A stretch of DNA of 64,000 nt, taken from the human T2T-CHM13v2.0 reference genome, Homo sapiens. Each line of letters starts with the position of its first letter. Position 1 is the first letter of the stretch. Positions 39,753-55,352 of this stretch are shown piece after piece. Position numbers and translations under genes: made by a program. Below the pieces are notes generated by a model, which had not been told where the DNA came from, made no database searches, and saw only the letters and a program-made list of their open reading frames with translations. The stretch lies in assembly GCF_009914755.1 (NCBI RefSeq), contig NC_060936.1, one strand, 5' to 3'.

Positions 39753-40043
39753 TGTCTTCGCTCACTTTCTGCAGCTATAACAGAATATCACAGACTGGGT
39801 AATTTAAAAACAATAGAAGTTTATTTGGCTCAATTGGCTTACAGTTCTAGAGGCTGGGAATTCTAAGAGCATGGCACTAGTATCTAGTGAGAACATGAGA
39901 CAGAGACATGTGAGGCATTAATCCATTCATAAGGGCAAAGTCTTCATGAGCTAATCACCTCTTAAAGTCCTCACCTCTTAATACTATTACAATGGCAATT
40001 AACTTTCAGCATGAGTTTTGGCCAGGACATTCAAACCACAGCA
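39753..40043 (-). mobile_element. MSTB-like MaLR LTR (internally deleted)
   Basis: gctataacagaatatcacagactgggtaattt...attcaaaccacagca. Confidence 0.85.
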
Positions 40044-40279
40044 GTTCCCTAATAAATCTCTTGCACTCTAAATTCTTAGGGTCTACTTCTCAGAGAACCC
40101 AACCTGTGACACCTATTTAATATCTACTTGTTCCCTTTTCTGTTTTGCTGTTAAACTCTGATTTTTATATTTGATTCTCCTTGATATGACCACATACTTC
40201 CAGAGAGGCAGGCCCCAGCCCATGGATCATTGGGGTGGACAGATGGATGAATGAGTTAATAGATGGATGAGTGGAGGGA

Positions 40280-40378
40280 GAGAGTGAGAAAGAAATTGAA
40301 AGATGGATGAATGAATGGATGGTTGGATGGATGGATGGATGGATGGATGGATGGATGGATAGATGAATTGATGGATAG
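40280..40378. repeat. (TGGA)n simple repeat
   Basis: Directly visible. Confidence 0.9.
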
Positions 40379-40962
40379 CAACACTTTCTTCCTTGCTGCC
40401 TGATGTCCTTCACCTAGGTCTGATATTTCTCAAACCCTTGCCTATAGGCCTAAGCTAATGTGTGTGGTCATTTTAAGGACTTTTTATTTCCTCTATGTTA
40501 ATGGCAACACAAAACATGAGACTTCTCTTCCCTAATGTGCCTCATGTCTCTGTAAATGGAAAATGGAGTGGGTATGCACATTTTTTTAATGTTCCTGTTA
40601 TCCGTTGTCACCTTCCTATGGTAGCACAAACAAGAGTACCAGCCTGGGATATGCTACGTTCCCATTGAGACCAAGGAGGCAGAAGTTTTCTCTGTCAGTG
40701 ATTTACTGTGTGACCTGTGCCAGCCCCTTCCCCTCTCTGAGCCTTGGTTTCCTCCTCTGTCCAATATGAGCATCCAATGAAACAGTGTCTGAGCTCCCCA
40801 TTCTCCCTGTCATGCCCTATCTTTCAGGATGTGTTCACGTGCAGTGAAAAGACAAATAAATATAGCAATAGTAAAATGTATATTAAAATATCATTAACAA
40901 GATTAAAACCTCCAGAGCTGTTGCAACTGCTCAATAATTTCGTCAAAGATACAGACTTTTTC

Positions 40963-41392
40963 TTTTTTTAATTTTAATTTTAGATTCAGAGGGTACATGT
41001 GAAGGTTTGTTATAAGGGTATATTGCATGATACTGAGGTTTGGGCTTCTATTGATCCTATTACCCAGACAGCGAACATGGTACCCAACAGGAAGTTTTCT
41101 CAGCCCTTGTCCCCCTCCCTAATTCTCTCCAGTGTCTATTGTTCCTAACTTTATATCTGTTTGTACCCAAGATTTAGCTCCAACTTATAAGTGAGAAGAT
41201 ATTTGGTTTTCTGTTCCTGTGTTGATTCACATAGGTTGATAGCCTCCAGCTCCATCCGTGTTCCCGCAAAGGACATGATTTCATTCTTTTTTATGGCTGT
41301 GTAGTATTCCGTGGTGTATATGTACCATATTTTCTTTATCCAGTCTGCTATTGATGGACATATAGGTTGATTCCATGTCTTTGCTATTGAGA
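40963..41392 (-). mobile_element. L1PA13-16-like 3' end with ORF2 C-terminal remnant
   Basis: ORF 41151-41417 IAKTWNQPICPS..WIKKIWYIYTTEYY; TSD core cagactttttc (40952 / 41405). Confidence 0.9.
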
Positions 41393-41415
41393 CTAATACC
41401 TGTGCAGACTTTTTC

Positions 41416-41780
41416 AATCCTTTCTCTTCACCATATTTAACATGTTGGCTTCCAGTCTCATTCTTGTCATCTCATGGTCATATTATAGCTGCCACAGCAC
41501 CAAATATCACACTTCGCTCTAGTATCCAAGTCAGGAAGGAAAGGCCCAACAACAAAAAAAGTGTTTTAAGGAAGGAAAACTTTTATTAGAAGCCCCCCAA
41601 CAAGATTCTTCTATGTTTCTTTGGCCAGAATTGAATCATGAGGCCACATCTTGCTGTAAGGAAAGCTGGGAAAGCAAGTACTTGACAACAACAAACTGGG
41701 ATTTCCATGGGTGTTTTGCTGCCTTGATCAGGGCAAGGAAACAAAATATATTTGAGGGAAGGAACTGACAGCATCTGCTA
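41416..41780 (-). mobile_element. MLT1K/L-like LTR fragment
   Basis: ttggccagaattgaatcatgaggccacatcttgctgtaaggaaagctgggaaag. Confidence 0.65.
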
Positions 41781-42059
41781 GGGAGGCCTCAAAAGTGGGT
41801 ATCAAGTCATCCATGCTCCAGTCTACTCAGAAAGACAGAGCAGCCATTAATAAAATCATTTGAGGCCACAGTGAACACATGTGAGAAAACAGGGCAGAAA
41901 CAGAACCCTTGAGTACTGAGTGGCTGTGTTTGAGGGAATGGAGGCAGGGAGGAATTGGAGATATTGATTGGATGGGGATGAGCATGAAGAGACAGGAAAT
42001 CCTGACCTCTAGCTCATCCTGCCTGGGTTCAGGGCCCTTCCTTTTGTCCCCACATTTGT

Positions 42060-42945
42060 ACTTGCTGTACTAAAATCTTCCATGTTCCCTCCTGATGGAG
42101 ACCACTGTGAACTTGCCAAAATGCTCCCTTGCTGAAACCCCTGACGTTGTTTTCCATGTTCTGAAGAGTAGAGAGGAAATTCCTTCAACCTGTTTCCAAG
42201 GATCTGTGTGATCCAGTCTCTGCCAACCTCACTGGCCCTCACCACCTCTGCTCTCCCAGCTCCCTGTGCTCCAGCCACACTGACCTCTTCCTGTTCCTAG
42301 AATTGATTTAGCTCAGTCCCACCTCAGGGCCTTTGCACATGCTGTCCCCTCTACCTGGAGAACAACTGGCCCTTATTTTTCTAGTTAATTCCTACTTATC
42401 TTCCTAATTGCAGCTTAAAGAATACTTCCTCAGAGCAGCCTTCACAACTTTCCTATACCATGACATAAATCAGCCATATTGACAGGTGTTCACCTAAGTC
42501 TATCCCTACCTCCTCCACTTCCCATACATTTGCATTTCAGCTCCAAGAGGGCAGGAATGATGTTCATGTATCTTGCCAAAAGCATAATAGTGATTAAAAG
42601 TGGAGGCTTTAGGGCCAAGCTGCATGGATTTAAATCTCAGCCATGCCACACTCTAGCAGAGTGACCTTGAGCAAGTTTCTTAACCTCTCTGTGCCTTACT
42701 TTCCTCATCTGTACAAAGGTAAGAATAAAATCTACTTCATAAGATTATTATAAGGATTAGATGAGTTAAATGTATATTAAAAGCTTCACATAGCACCTCA
42801 CATAATATGTGTTATACATGTATTTGAAATAATAATAATAATTAGTATTATTATTATTGCTATCTCCACATTCCCAGTACCTAACAAATGCTGGCACATA
42901 GTAGGTGCATAAAAAAATACTTGTTGAATAGATAAGTGATTGTTT
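42060..42945 (+). mobile_element. L2 3' region with a MIR (~42580-42850) inserted
   Basis: cccacctcagggcctttgcacatgctg; MIR gtgaccttgagcaagtttcttaacctctctgtgcct; L2 tail ctggcacatagtagg. Confidence 0.8.
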
Positions 42946-43594
42946 ATTTCTATCACTCAAGGCAGAGATAATTATGCCTTTTTATTTATTTATTCCCATC
43001 ATAGGAACAGGACTTGGCACATAGTAGTTCTGCAATAAATGGGGAATGACTCAATGCCTGAAAGTAGGAATGATTCCTCCCCACCCAAGCCATGTGGACT
43101 CCCAATATTGCTATCTGCCTTGAGCCTTCCCCCTTCCTTCTTGAATCCAGGTGGGGATCTTCAGCTGCCTGGCCATGGGACAACCTCCCCAGCCCCCTTT
43201 GCATTCCCCGACCCCAGCCAGAGATGCAGAGCAGCTTTGATCACTGACAGCAGCCTTCTTGGAAGAAAGAGAGAGAGAGAGAAGTCTGGCCATTTAAGCT
43301 CCCTGATCATGACACTTATTAATAAAGGGAATGGCTGTCAGCTCTGCTCCAATTAGTTATCCATCGTGCAGGGCAGACATGGAGGCTTCAGGGCGGCCAC
43401 AAAGCTGGAAGTTGGAGGTGGGGGGACAAGTGAGAAGTCACTGCTTTCAGATATTAAACTCAGGAGCAAGCCTGGGCTTGTGCTACTCAGCTGAGAAAGG
43501 CCTGGTGCCCTTAGCATTCTCCCATCTCATTGGATTTTGACAGCCCTAGGTACTACATCCCCAATTTCCTCCTGTTTTCCTATTGTCGTTAAGT

Positions 43595-43920
43595 GTTTTG
43601 TTTGTGTTTGTTTTTTTGAGACAGGGTTTTGCTCTGTTGCCCAGGCTTGAGTGCAGTGGTGTGATCATTCATGGCTCACTGCAGCCTAGACCTCCTGGGC
43701 CCAATCTATCCTCCTGACTTAGCCTCCCAAATAGCTGGGACTACAGGCATGTGCCACCATGCCCGGCTAATTTTTGGGTTTTTGTTTTTCTTTTTGTTTT
43801 TGTAGAGATGGAGTTTTGCTGTGTTGCATAGGCTGGTCTTGAGCTCCTGGGCTCAAACCATCCCTCCACTTCGGCCTCCCCAAGTGCTGGGATTACAGGT
43901 GTAAGCCACTGTGCCCAGAC
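43595..43920 (-). mobile_element. AluJ
   Basis: TSD tgtcgttaagt (43584) / tgtcattaagt (43921). Confidence 0.92.
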
Positions 43921-43947
43921 TGTCATTAAGTATAATTATACAATTAA

Positions 43948-44259
<312 letters not shown>

Positions 44260-45011
44260 TGTTATTAAGTATAATTATACAATTAATACATGAATAGGTT
44301 CTTCTTGCTTAATCCTACAGATAAGGGCATATGGGCCCCACCTCACCTTGGTCTTCTCATTGTCTCCCAAGAAGTAAACATTGATAGCATTTTGGAATAT
44401 CCGTCTCTTTCCAAAACTTCTTTTATGCCTGACTTTCTCTGTACCTCATTCAATAGATAGGCTTATTTTGCATGTGTATATATTAATATGTAGACTTTTC
44501 AGTTGGAGTGTGTTGATTTGCTTTGTTTTTCTTTCTTTTTTAATAGCACTATCTTGAACATGTGATGCTATACCTGGTTTCTTTTGTTCAACGATGCCAT
44601 ATAGGTCCATACAGAACAAACTCATTCTTTTTTACTAAGGCATAGCATTCCTAAAGGTAGATAAATCCTAGTTTATTCAACCCTAGCTGCATATTAATTA
44701 CCAAGGGGTGTGTGTTTATGTGGGGGAGGGAGGAGTCCTTTATAAAATATGGATGCCAAGGCCTGTCCCTAGCAGAGTTGAATCAGAACTCCGAGGCTCC
44801 GGCCTGGGCATCAGTGTGCTACAATCCCCTAGTGATTTTAATGTGCAGCCAGGGTCAATGCTTATTCATTTAGCCAGTCCCCTACCAGTCCCCTATTAAT
44901 GCATATTCAAACTGTTTACAAGTCTTTGCTATTGGAAAAAAAAAAAAAAAAAAGGCTCTCTGGGCATCTTTTTCATTCTTTCCTGTGCATCTGTGCTGGT
45001 ATTTCTCTAGG

Positions 45012-45232
45012 AGAGGTTTTTGAACCTCAACACTATTGACATTTGGGGCCAGATAATTCTTTGTGGTGGGGGCCTGTCCTGTGCATTGTAGGATGTTGAG
45101 CAGCATCCCTGGCCTCTACCCACCCAAAGCCAGGAGTACCTGTGCACACACATCACGACCATCAAAAATGTCTCCAGATATATCCATGGTGGGGGCGGGG
45201 AGGGCAAAGTCAACCCTAGTTGAGAATGACTG
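45012..45232. mobile_element. MER20 hAT transposon
   Basis: cactattgacatttggggccagataattctttg...aaaaatgtctccaga...gttgagaatgactg. Confidence 0.9.
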
Positions 45233-45283
45233 CTCTGGGGAGGAACCCAAAAGGGAAGTTGCTGGATTATATGGGAGATGCAC

Positions 45284-45704
45284 TTTTTCTCTCTCTTTCT
45301 TTGTTTCTTTCTTTGTTTCTTTGTTTCTTTCTTTCTTTCTGTCTGTCTGTCTTTCTGTCTTTCTTTCTCTCTCTCTTTCCTTCCTTCCTTCTTTCTTTTT
45401 TTTTTTTTTTTTTTTTTTTTGACAGAGTCTTGCTCTGTTGCCCAGGCTGGGGTGGTGCAGTAGCACAATCTCGACTCATTGCAACGTCTGCCTTCCAGGT
45501 TCAAGCAATTCTCCTGCCGTAGCCTCCTGAATAGCTAGGATTACAGGCACCTGCCACCACGCCCAGCTAATTTGTGTATTTTTAGTAGAGATGAGGTTTC
45601 GCCATGTTGGCCAGGCTGGTCTCAAACTCCTGACCTCACGTAATCTGCCCGCCTCAGTCCCCTCATAGTGCTGGGATTACAGGCATGAGCCACCATGCCC
45701 GAGC
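45284..45704 (-). mobile_element. AluS with expanded (CTTT/CTGT)n tail (45284-45420)
   Basis: Full dimer; TSD core tgcacttt on both sides. Confidence 0.93.
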
Positions 45705-46080
45705 AATGTGCACTTTCTTTTTTTTAGAGACACTACTTCAAACTGCCTGCGCTCATTCACAATCCCTAGTTTCCTAAGAATATCCTTTTGATGATCTTCC
45801 CATCTCTTTGTCCCTGTAAGTTTGGATTTAGAATTTGGGCTAAAACCCTAAGCATCTATCTCCACTTCACCACTGCCTCCTGCAGCCCCCAAACCCAAGA
45901 ATGCCATCGTGTTTTGGGATAGAATTCTAGAATCTAGAATATGAGTCTCGAGGTCTGGGGTGGTAGATGAGACTATCAAATAAGAGTGAGAACAAATTGA
46001 TTTTCTTTTCTTTCTTTTCTTTTCTCTTTCCCTCAATTTCCTTCTTCCTCTCTTTCTTTCTTTTTTCCTTTTTTACAAAG

Positions 46081-46237
46081 TAATTCCGGCTGAAGGGGAG
46101 GGGTGGATTCTTCCTTCTTCCTGCCCCCACCTCGAATTTCCAGAATCTACTCTGTCTCGTTAAGATCACTGCCTCTGTCCTGGTTGCTCTGAGTTTTATA
46201 CGTAAAGAGAATAGTGGACAAGAGGGAGGAAGATGAG
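46081..46237 (+). other. Candidate non-coding exon
   Basis: ~75-nt pyrimidine tract ending acaaag| and GAG|GTAAGC donor; alternative acceptor at 46143; stops in all frames. Confidence 0.3.
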
Positions 46238-47034
46238 GTAAGCTGTATTGAGAGACAGAAAGAGGCTTCCCAGGGACTCTGTGTGTGTTAGTGTGCACAT
46301 GTGTGCGTGTGTTGAAAAGAAAATCAAATTCACAGGCTGGGAAGGAAGAGGAGGGGGAGAAGCAACAGGCCCAGCCAGTCGTGTCTCTTTAAGCAAGATA
46401 AGCCCCCTGGCCCATCCATCTCTCCTGACACTATCGGCCTGTTGTCTAAAGTACTTACAGTTCTCTCCGGGGGGGAGGAGGCCTGACCTGGAGATGCTGG
46501 GGGAGGGGAGGAAGTAGGGCCTCTAGGACAGGGCACCCTGGCTGGCCCACTTCCCCAAAGAGCAGGGACGCCTTGCAGACTGAGGAGGTCACCCCTCCCC
46601 TCCTCCACCCTCAGTCTGGCCTGTTTTTAGCTCAACCCTGAGTGCTGGAAAGATGGGCTGGTGCTGGCTCCCTACCTGGGGCCCCATTCCCAGGGGAATG
46701 GAACCACTTGAAACTGCAACTTGTCTTTCTCAAGTGGCCGGGAGAGAGTGTGAGCCCCAAGATAGAGAGAGTGAGCAGAAGGGAAAGGCCAAACCAACCT
46801 CAGCTCTCCTGCCTTTAATGGGTCCTTTAAAAATTCACTGTGATTCTTACTACCCTATGAAATAGACATGATTATCCTTTAAAAATCCTTTATATGACTA
46901 AATAGGTATGAGTATGCTCCCTGTCTCAGAGATACACTGAGACCCAGAAAAGTTAAATATCTTGACTGGGTTCACAGAGCTAATCAGAAGCGTTGGGTAG
47001 GATTAGGACTTGGACTTCTCTAAATTACAAAACT

Positions 47035-47372
<338 letters not shown>

Positions 47373-47439
47373 CTAACCAGGGTATTTCTTGCATCTCCTC
47401 TGTGATAAGAAATCGTGTCGTGAATGATTGGTCTGAATT

Positions 47440-47936
47440 GATGTTTTCAAAGATCATTGGCTTAACCAGACTTTAGTCAGGTGTCTGAATCTTTTCCTGT
47501 GCCAATCTGTGTACTTCCTTGTAAAATCCATCTTTAGCAAGAGCCCTGCTAAGTCAGGTTAGCCAGTATCTTCACGCTGCATATCTGATCACTCTCTGTA
47601 TCTGATCCCTCTTCATATGTGACCAGGTTCCTCACCCTCCACCACTCCCCAGGTGATGTCTGACCACCCTGGTCTGTCTTCAGCAAGACTCCTGTTAGGT
47701 CAGTTTAGCCAGAATCGCCCTGAGCCCTAATGCTTCCTTTCAGTAATATTCCATCCACTGACCCCCAACCCTGCTTCTTGGCTATAAATTCCCACTTGCT
47801 CATGCTGTATTCAGAGTTGAGCCCAGTCTCTCTCCCCCACTGCAAAATTCCATCACACTGGTCCCTGCACCTATTGTGATCGTTCCCCCACCTTGAACAG
47901 GCTGCTTTGCCATCTTGAACAATCATCATGAATGAT
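47440..47936 (+). mobile_element. MER31/MER67-like ERV1 LTR; its last bases resume at ~49615-49640 after the L1
   Basis: actttagtcagg...ctttagcaagagccctgctaagtcag...ggctataaattccc...cagagttgagcccagtctctc. Confidence 0.75.
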
Positions 47937-49612
<1,676 letters not shown>

Positions 49613-49786
49613 TGATGAATGATGTTTTTCTTTAATGACGTTTAGCCATTCATTCTTCATTCATTCAACAAACATTGCTTGCAAATCACCTCTGTGACAG
49701 GCTCATCTCTGAGTACAGGTGATAAAGACCTGGTCTCAATTGCTGACCAATTTCTATTAATGTCTGCCTAGATTAAAAGACCTGCA

Positions 49787-50400
<614 letters not shown>

Positions 50401-50417
50401 GACCTGCAGAGACCTTG

Positions 50418-50975
50418 TATATTAGTCAGCGTTCTCTAGAGAGAAAGGACTAATAGGATAGATGTAAATATGAAACAGAGTTTATTAAGGAGTATTGACT
50501 CACAGGATCATGAGGTTAAGTCCCACAATAGGCCATCTGCAAGCTGAGGAACAAGAAAGCCAGTCTGAGTCACAAAACCTCAAAAGCAGGGAAGCCAACA
50601 GTGAAGCCAACAGTGTAGCCTTCAGTCTGTGGCCAAAGGCCCAAGAGCCCCTGGCAAACCACTGGTGTAAGTCCAAGAGTCCAAAAGTTGAAGAACTTGG
50701 AGTGTGATATTCAAGGGCAGGAAGCGTCCAGCATGGAAGAAAGAGGATCAGAAGACTTAGCCAGTCTAGTCTCTCCATGTTCCTCTGCTTCCTTTTATCC
50801 TATCCACATGGGCAGCTGATCAGATGGTGCCCACCCAGACTGAGGTTCGGTTTGCCTCTCCCAGTACGCTGTCTCAAATGTCATTCTCCTTTGGCAACAC
50901 CTCACAGACACACCCAGGAACAATACTTTGCATTCTTCAATCTAATCAAGTTAACACTCAATATTAACCATCACA
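50418..50975 (-). mobile_element. MLT2A-type ERVL solo LTR
   Basis: tattagtcagcgttctctagag...attaaccatcaca; perfect 5-bp TSD ccttg; internal 12-bp duplication gaagccaacagt. Confidence 0.92.
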
Positions 50976-51344
50976 CCTTGATAACCAGCCCTTACCATTT
51001 TGGCCCCAAAACACTACATTTCCCCAAATTGTGACTTGGGATTTTGTAGCACATCTAGGGAACCCAGGAGAAACAGTCCTATTATCTTTGCTGTTGGGTT
51101 TACCACGATGGTATCATGAAGAACATCATCAAAACATTACTCAGCACTGCAACATCTTTACAAGAACCCAAGGGAGAACTTGCTCCTGGTTTTTTGCAAA
51201 CATCTCGATTTGTTTGTCTTTTATGAACTCATGAGCTCTTATAGCTGACTATAATTCTCAACTTGTTTTGGCAGCTAGGAAGCTCAGAGCCAAATATATT
51301 TCTATTAACTACACAGAATGTTCCAGTTCTGAAGGCTAAGAAGT

Positions 51345-51964
51345 AAAATACCCTAAAACTTCATGGCGTAAGCAAAATACCCTAAAACTTCATGGTGTAA
51401 AACAACCATTTATTATGCCTTTGGATTCTGAGGTTGGCGATTTAGACAGGGCATAACAGGGGCAACTTGTCTCTGGACCATGATGTTGAGACTTGAGGAT
51501 GGAATAATCTGAAGGCTTTTCACTCACATGGCTGATGGTGGATGTTGGGTTTAGGCTAGGGGTTTCAACTCCTTGACACGTAGTCCTCTCCTGTGGTCTC
51601 TCCCTGTGGGCTAGTTTGGGCTTCCTCACAGCATGGTGGCTGGGTTTCCAACAGCAAGTGTTCCAAAGGGGGGAAATTAGGTGGAAGTTGTACCACCTTT
51701 TTATGATCTAGCTTCAGAAGGGTTGCAGACTGAGGAGGTAACCCCCATTTCCCCCAGCCTAGTGCCTGGTCTATTTTTATCTCAGCTCTTAGTGCTGGGT
51801 AACATTAACCCCCTACTACATCCTATCTGTCAGAAGTAAGCTGCTGGATCCCACCCATAATGAAGTGAAGAATCACATTCCACCCCTTGATAGACACATC
51901 CATGTTCTGAAGGAGAAGGAGTGTAAAAATACTGCTGTGGCCCTTTTGAAAAATAATGCCACAC
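51345..51964 (-). mobile_element. MLT1G/H-like MaLR LTR containing a 76-bp foreign insert
   Basis: gggctagtttgggcttcctcacagcatggtggctggg...ttttatgatctagcttcagaag. Confidence 0.8.
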
Positions 51965-54504
51965 AAGACCAAATGGAACTCATTGATAGGTGCTCATTAT
52001 TCTTGGCTTTATCACTATTTTGTACATTGTCGTCTTTGTGGGTGGCATGTATTTTTGCAAGCAGCCTCAAATTATTTATGGAAATAGGTAAAAAGTAGAC
52101 AACAGCTGGGACCAAAGCTGTTTTCTGAGTATTTGTAATGTGCTTGGCACTGTGCAAATAGTTCTTTCCTGGTGCCTTCACTCATTTAATTCACAAACAG
52201 CCTCTTATCAATATTTTGCAAGTGAAGAAACTGGAGCACAGGAAATTAAAGTTTACCAGATCTGACATCACTGAATAGTGGCAGAGGTGGGGTTCGATTC
52301 CAGGCCGTCTGATTAGCTCTGCCCAGGTAGTCACCTCATACACCTTCATTCTTATCTTTTGAGCCTTACTCCACACCAAGGGTCTGACTTGGTGTTGTAA
52401 CATGAAGGTTACTCAAGATTTACCCCTCTCCTCTGCAAAACATCTCCGCCGACCACCAAGTGTTCTGAAACGCCACTTTTGCCAGGAAATAAGAGTATTC
52501 AGTGACTCCTGCATATTCATCAAAATTAGCATTCTCTCCAACTTAGATCAGCCAGCCTGAGGGAAACGAGGCAGAATGTGTCTGAGCACCCACTTCTGGC
52601 CCAGCCCTGAGCTAATGCTCACAAATCAGAAAACAAAGCAGTCCACGTCACACTGGGCTGAGATCTACTTGAGGGCAGGGATTGGGGTTGTTCGGCTTTG
52701 TAGTTTGGCACATTACAAAATGTATCTAGTATGGTGAATGAAGAAAGTGAAAGTGTTTGTCTATCCCAAGAATGAGACCTTAGGTAAGTGACAACCCTGT
52801 AAGCTTCCATTTCCTCATCCATAAAACAGGGATAAGAATATTTTCCTACACACCTCACAGGGCTATATTGGGAATCCTTTAACTGAGTAGGTCTCCCTCT
52901 GGCTCTGACTTCCAAAAAGCTCAAAGGCAGTCTTGAGACCTATGCATGATAATCATATAAAATGCTTAGCATGTAATCAGCCCAAAATAAACAGGGCTTT
53001 GGGAGCACTCCGGGTCTTCTGCTCCACACCCCATTATAGTTGATGGCAAAGGGGAAGAAAAGATTGAGTGAAGTCATTGGTCTTCTCCCTTCCCCACCTC
53101 TGAAAAGGGCAGCCTCAGTGCAATGGGATGGAAACTCGGGCTTTGGTGTTTCAAGAACTAATGGAAATCTCCTGAAAACCTATTTTTGTAAACCTTTGAT
53201 CCTTCAAGCCAAGATCTTCGGGCCAAATGTCTGAGTTAGTGGATCTAACCAAATGCAGTCAATGATGCTCAGAGGTTGCAGCCTCTTTGGGGTGTGCCTA
53301 GTGGAGGGGTGTTGAGTGAGCAGGTGGGGATAGCAACCTATTTGCAGAACACAAGAAGTTAGCTCCAATGGCCAGGTGTTGCTTTGTCTTTCTTGGCCCA
53401 ATTAGCACTGACTGCTATTTTTATTTTTGATGTAGGATGTGGCTGGTGAGTCAGGAAGAAAAGGGCGCCTCATTATTTGTTCCTTGCTTGCTCTTGGAAA
53501 TATCAAGAATACTTGGCCCTCAAGACAAACCCCAGCTCTGGGCCTAAAAGCTAAGTTATATGTTATATATTTATTCAAGGCAGCAATTGGCCAGGAAACG
53601 ACTATAAAACACACATTTTGAATAAAAGAGGGAGATTTATGGTGCAATGGCGAATCTGAGTCATATCTCTCTGCCTCCCCCAGGCCAGGATCCCTTAATC
53701 ACTAACATACCCCCAGCTTGTACACTCGGTGGGCACAGAATTGCTTCCTTCTGGTCCCGTCCCTGCTAAAGATGTGATGGGGATTGTGCTACTTCATCTG
53801 ACAGTCGGTAAATGAATTGCCAATTCATTCTGAGCTTAGATGGGGGCTGGTTTTTTCCTTGGGAAGAAAAAAAAGTGGGGTTCTTTCATATGTATCTTTG
53901 ATCAGTCGGGACTTGACAAATTATTTTCCTAGGAATTTCTCTATCCATAATGCCACTGGGAAAAAATGGATTTACTCTAAAAGAATAGCTTTTATGTTTC
54001 AGAAATTAGAGCAATGTAAAAGCTTTTACTGAGTTCCTTTCTCTCTCTCTCTCTCTTTTCTCCCTTCAATTGTATTTTTCTCTAGAGCAAGGAGACAGGT
54101 AGCAGAAAGAGCTAGAAAAGTCCACTGATAATAGCTAGGTTTCTGGCTGCTTGTTTCAAGTGTATGAAAGTAGCAAGAAAATAAGTCTCAACTTCCTTAT
54201 ACAATTGGTATTGAGAAAGCAAAGTCAAATCTTCTACCCCAATTTTCCCTTGTAGTAGCTGAATTTTTCTCATTAGAACTCTTGTTTTTGGACAAACTTT
54301 AACCTGAAGAATGTCTGAATTGTATTTCAGCAGGATGCAACCACGCCACAACTATCTCATTCCCAGGGCTTAGATATTAACTTACAAAAGGCAAAGGGCT
54401 GGGACAGAAGATCTTGAAGTTATTTTCATATCAAAGTTTTTATCAGCTATAGAACAACCTGAAAGAAGAGAATGTATCGAAAATACAATGGCACAGAACC
54501 ACAT

Positions 54505-54615
54505 GAACAGTTGGGTGGGTTGTGCACTGCGCAACTCCAAGAGGCACCATTGAGATGGACTATCAGTGTGAGTGACTTACCCTTAGGATTGTGCTGTGCA
54601 CAAGCTGTAAAACTG
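54505..54615. mobile_element. MER91-like MITE
   Basis: Inverted ends ttgtgcactgcgcaa ... ttgtgctgtgcacaa. Confidence 0.6.
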
Positions 54616-54854
54616 TGAATGAAAGATTTGAAAGGGAACTCAAAGATAATCATAACAAAGGGCAATCTTGGGGATCTGGATCAGAGGAACTAAAAAGAGT
54701 TTTGTTAGGGACTAAATGAGCACCAGTAGTTTTGGTCTGTTTATTTCTCCACTCAAGATTCTCTCTCTGGGAAAGAAAGTCTATAAGCTGCCATGAGTCA
54801 GCTACTCCTAGCCCCTTGTCTAAGGAGGAGAAAGCTCTCTGGTTAACAGCTTTG

Positions 54855-55352
54855 CTTTCTTATTAAAGCATACCCTGAGATGAGGATTTGGATGCAGCAT
54901 TTTATTTGGATAAGGGGTTGGGAAATGAGACGAGGAAGGGAAGGAAGCCAATGTGTTATGATAGTAATGTGCTAATGAGTAGGTCACCTCTGTGTGCAAC
55001 TGAGGCTTGCTTGCAACTGATCCCTGCTGGAGACCCTCTGAAAGTGTGTGGAACATGCTAAAAATTTTCCCACCAAGGGGACAGAAGGCTTGGATATTTA
55101 CATACCAACTCCCATCTCTCATTACTTGGGGGACACTCTAGGAGGCCTTAATTCTCTGGCATTTATAGCCTGACCCACACACAAGCCAATTACACATTTG
55201 TGGCCAGAGAAAGACCTCAGGCAGAGAGACATAGATGCTGGAGGTAGGAAGTCATTGGCCTGCATGGGAGCTACACACTGAAGCTGCAGGAGACCTGGAG
55301 GATGGGCCCAGCAGATAGGACCAGGCACTGACAACATCTGCGTACCTGCCAA
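54855..55352 (-). mobile_element. LTR16-like ERVL LTR
   Basis: accctgagatgaggatttggatgcagcattttatttgga...cctgctggagaccctctg. Confidence 0.75.

Larger units (their letters stand above)
44304..45770 (-). mobile_element. L1ME-like 3' region interrupted by MER5 (~44680-44860), MER20 and an Alu
   Basis: ctcattcttttttactaaggcatagcattcc...gaagttgctggattatatggga. Confidence 0.65.

Noticed and set aside
45007-45522. Lys/Arg/Glu-rich and Phe/Leu/Ser-rich ORFs
   Set aside because: Derived from the Alu (CTTT)n tail and MER20.
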